This document shows positions 17,756 to 20,000 of a stretch of DNA of 20,000 nucleotides, one piece after another. Below the pieces are notes generated by a model. It saw only the letters and a program-made list of their open reading frames with translations, searched no databases and was not told where the DNA came from. Numbering within the stretch: position 1 is the stretch's first letter; every line of letters starts with the position of its first letter. Made by a program: the position numbers and the translations under genes. Origin of the DNA: Mesotaenium endlicherianum (lineage: Eukaryota); NCBI GenBank assembly GCA_009602735.1, contig WELA01002777.1:145177-165176 (forward strand), written 5' to 3'.

Positions 17756-19950
17756 CCGCGATATCTCAATGCTTCTCCATCGTCCCCGCATGAATATGTG
17801 CAACAAGTGGAAGTTGGCTCCAACTTCAGCCCCCGCTCGGCGCCTCTGGTTCCCTCCTAAGATGCTCGGATTTCTCCCAAGATTCCACCCGAGCAACAGG
17901 CTTTCACTTTCATGCCAAGTTCTTCAAATTTCTTAGGTTAGGTGTTAGGTAGGCACCCCCTAGCCATACTTACCTAGGAGTAGCGCTTTCCTACCGGAGC
18001 CCCGTCTCCCTTCCAGCTTTTTGTTATACATGCTATTATAGATTCCAGAAAATTATATGTTGGTGGGCATTGGTTCTCCATTTTTACTGTCACTCATGCA
18101 AACGCGCTATTCTTGGACCTGCCCCGTATTCCTTCCCCGCCTTTATATCCCACTTTTGAGAATGGCACTTCTAAGACTCACTCGAATCTCTCTACAAAAG
18201 TTCTCTTTACCGCTCCACTTCCTGCATTTCCAATCTATGCACGCGTCTTGAATCTCATCGTCTCCTACAATTTTTCCATCCAAGCTTCTACAAAAGTCTC
18301 TTGTTTTCAAGTCTGAGAAGGCGTCCTTTGAGCTTCCTTAGCCATTGCCTCTGCCACTTGCCCCCCTAAGGACGTCCAAACTTGGCGTTCCCATCTCACC
18401 ACCAAGCTCTCCCTCCTTATTGTCTTCGTCACTCACGTCTTGGGAAAAACCCAACACCCGGCTTCCACCCTGAACGAAGCCTTCCTCGCATGGTTCCTTC
18501 AATGTCAGTGACGCGTGCCTCATCCACTATGACAATAAGACCAAAGGGCTGTCCCAAAAGCTCCTTACACATTGGTTGGGCCCGTACCGCATCGTACAAC
18601 GCCTCGGCTCGCTCAATATCAAGAACACACTGGTCGTTGCGCCCCATACCGACCATATCAATCTCATCACCTAGATGAAGCCGTACCACGTGCAAAATCC
18701 AGATCAGTTGGCATAAGGCTGTCTTTTGGAAGAGGGTAGTATTGGATACACAAAGTAGATACGTTATTAATGACTGTACATTTCGCGTCACACGCATAAA
18801 ACTATGTAGCAACTATCAAGAAGTCAACTTTATTGACAGGTAGAATGTTTTAGATAAGTTTACCAACGATACGAGAATAGGACGATTAAGGTCCAACAAA
18901 CGCTTTATAGATTTCATTCATAATCCAAGTAATAAGCTTTCTCGACACACTGTGTTTTTTTGCACTTATCTTTTTCCGATTTCATTGAGACCTTATACTA
19001 AACTAGGCAGGGATGTAGGCTGCCGGTTGGTAAAAGCAAATTGCATGATATTGTAAAGGTAAAGGTGCTAAGCGTATAACGTTGATTGGTCGATGGGGGG
19101 TGGGAAAGCACTTGGATTCTACGCGACAAAGTTAGTTGACACTTGTGGGAAGGACCATCTGCGCCAATATGGGCGTTTTCCATAACAGCGGCAGAATGTG
19201 TCGCTGACTGTCGACGACAGTCATAATACAACGGACAGCTTTCCTTTTTTGGTGTCGCTAATGAGCCAACTTTAGTGACCTGGTTTCTAAGTTTGCAAGC
19301 TTGCTATATGGCATCCGGGGGCCTATAGATGGCTCTTTGCATTGATTGCCCTGGTCGCATGTCTCATTTCCTTAGCGCCCAATCTTTTCATGTATTTCGA
19401 GCTCTTGAATTTAATCATCGCTTGGCATGCTCGCCGGAAGCAACAGTGTGTGGTTTTGGTTGCCGTAGCACATAGACTTGATGGCTGAGGAGTGAAATTC
19501 AGCTGAATTCAGCAGCATTCAGCTGCAGCTCTCTCGATAATGAAGTAACTAAGTTCCGCCTATTTTTTGTGTAAAGGTGTTATCGATGGCTGCCATGGAT
19601 TTGCTTGAGCCTCCTCGTAAGTATGGTTCCACAGGCTTGTCACTGCAACAGTACGAGCCTTCAAATGACGGATCATGTAATCTGGCGTGGCGGCTGACAG
19701 CTCAGATGCTCGAGTATGGTCGATCACTCAGCACTGGAGTCGCTTCACATGTGAGTTCTTGTCACGCTCCCATACCAGAAGAGTCCATAGGAACATGCAA
19801 CTGCCAACTCTTGACGTAAATTTCGAAGTACTTTCTCCCCCATTCCTTTCTTTATGGTGTCCACTCTTTTTCTTAAGATGATTTAGAATACTTGAACTAC
19901 CATGCACCTGTGCCTAAGAGCACATAGATGCATGCGTGCAGGGACAGGCA

Positions 19951-19951
<1 letters not shown>

Positions 19952-20000
<49 letters not shown>
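19952..20000. repeat. (CA)n microsatellite running off the window end
   Basis: Perfect CA dinucleotide run of at least 49 bp. Confidence 0.98.

Noticed and set aside
19495..19530. Short ATTCAGC repeats and palindromes
   Set aside because: Too short and isolated to support any element or function.

Overview
This is a eukaryotic, almost entirely transposon-derived nest with no recognisable host gene. A plant-type tRNA-iMet PBS, a group I chromodomain and piggyBac elements suggest a non-flowering streptophyte (inference). From left to right: (1) the 3' part of a Ty3/Gypsy chromovirus (family A), with pol carrying one nonsense codon, an extra intact ~558-aa ORF preceded by splice signals and bracketed by a duplicated hairpin+PPT cassette, and the 3' LTR; (2) a decayed gypsy protease fragment; (3) piggyBac-like DNA transposons with TTAA-CACTAG termini, namely one internally deleted copy (6799-8930) and one near-complete transposase (13501->9022) that can be reassembled by removing two family-B LTR insertions with perfect 5-bp TSDs; both transposases begin with a conserved, aromatic-rich Tudor/SH3-like domain; (4) a deleted family-B gypsy (LTR-PBS-gag); (5) a complete 480-bp TRIM with TSD, PBS, PPT and a tRNA-like B-box; (6) a decayed gag with a zinc knuckle, interrupted by a solo family-A LTR; (7) a terminal (CA)n microsatellite. 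All coordinates and alignments were read by eye; no searches were run.
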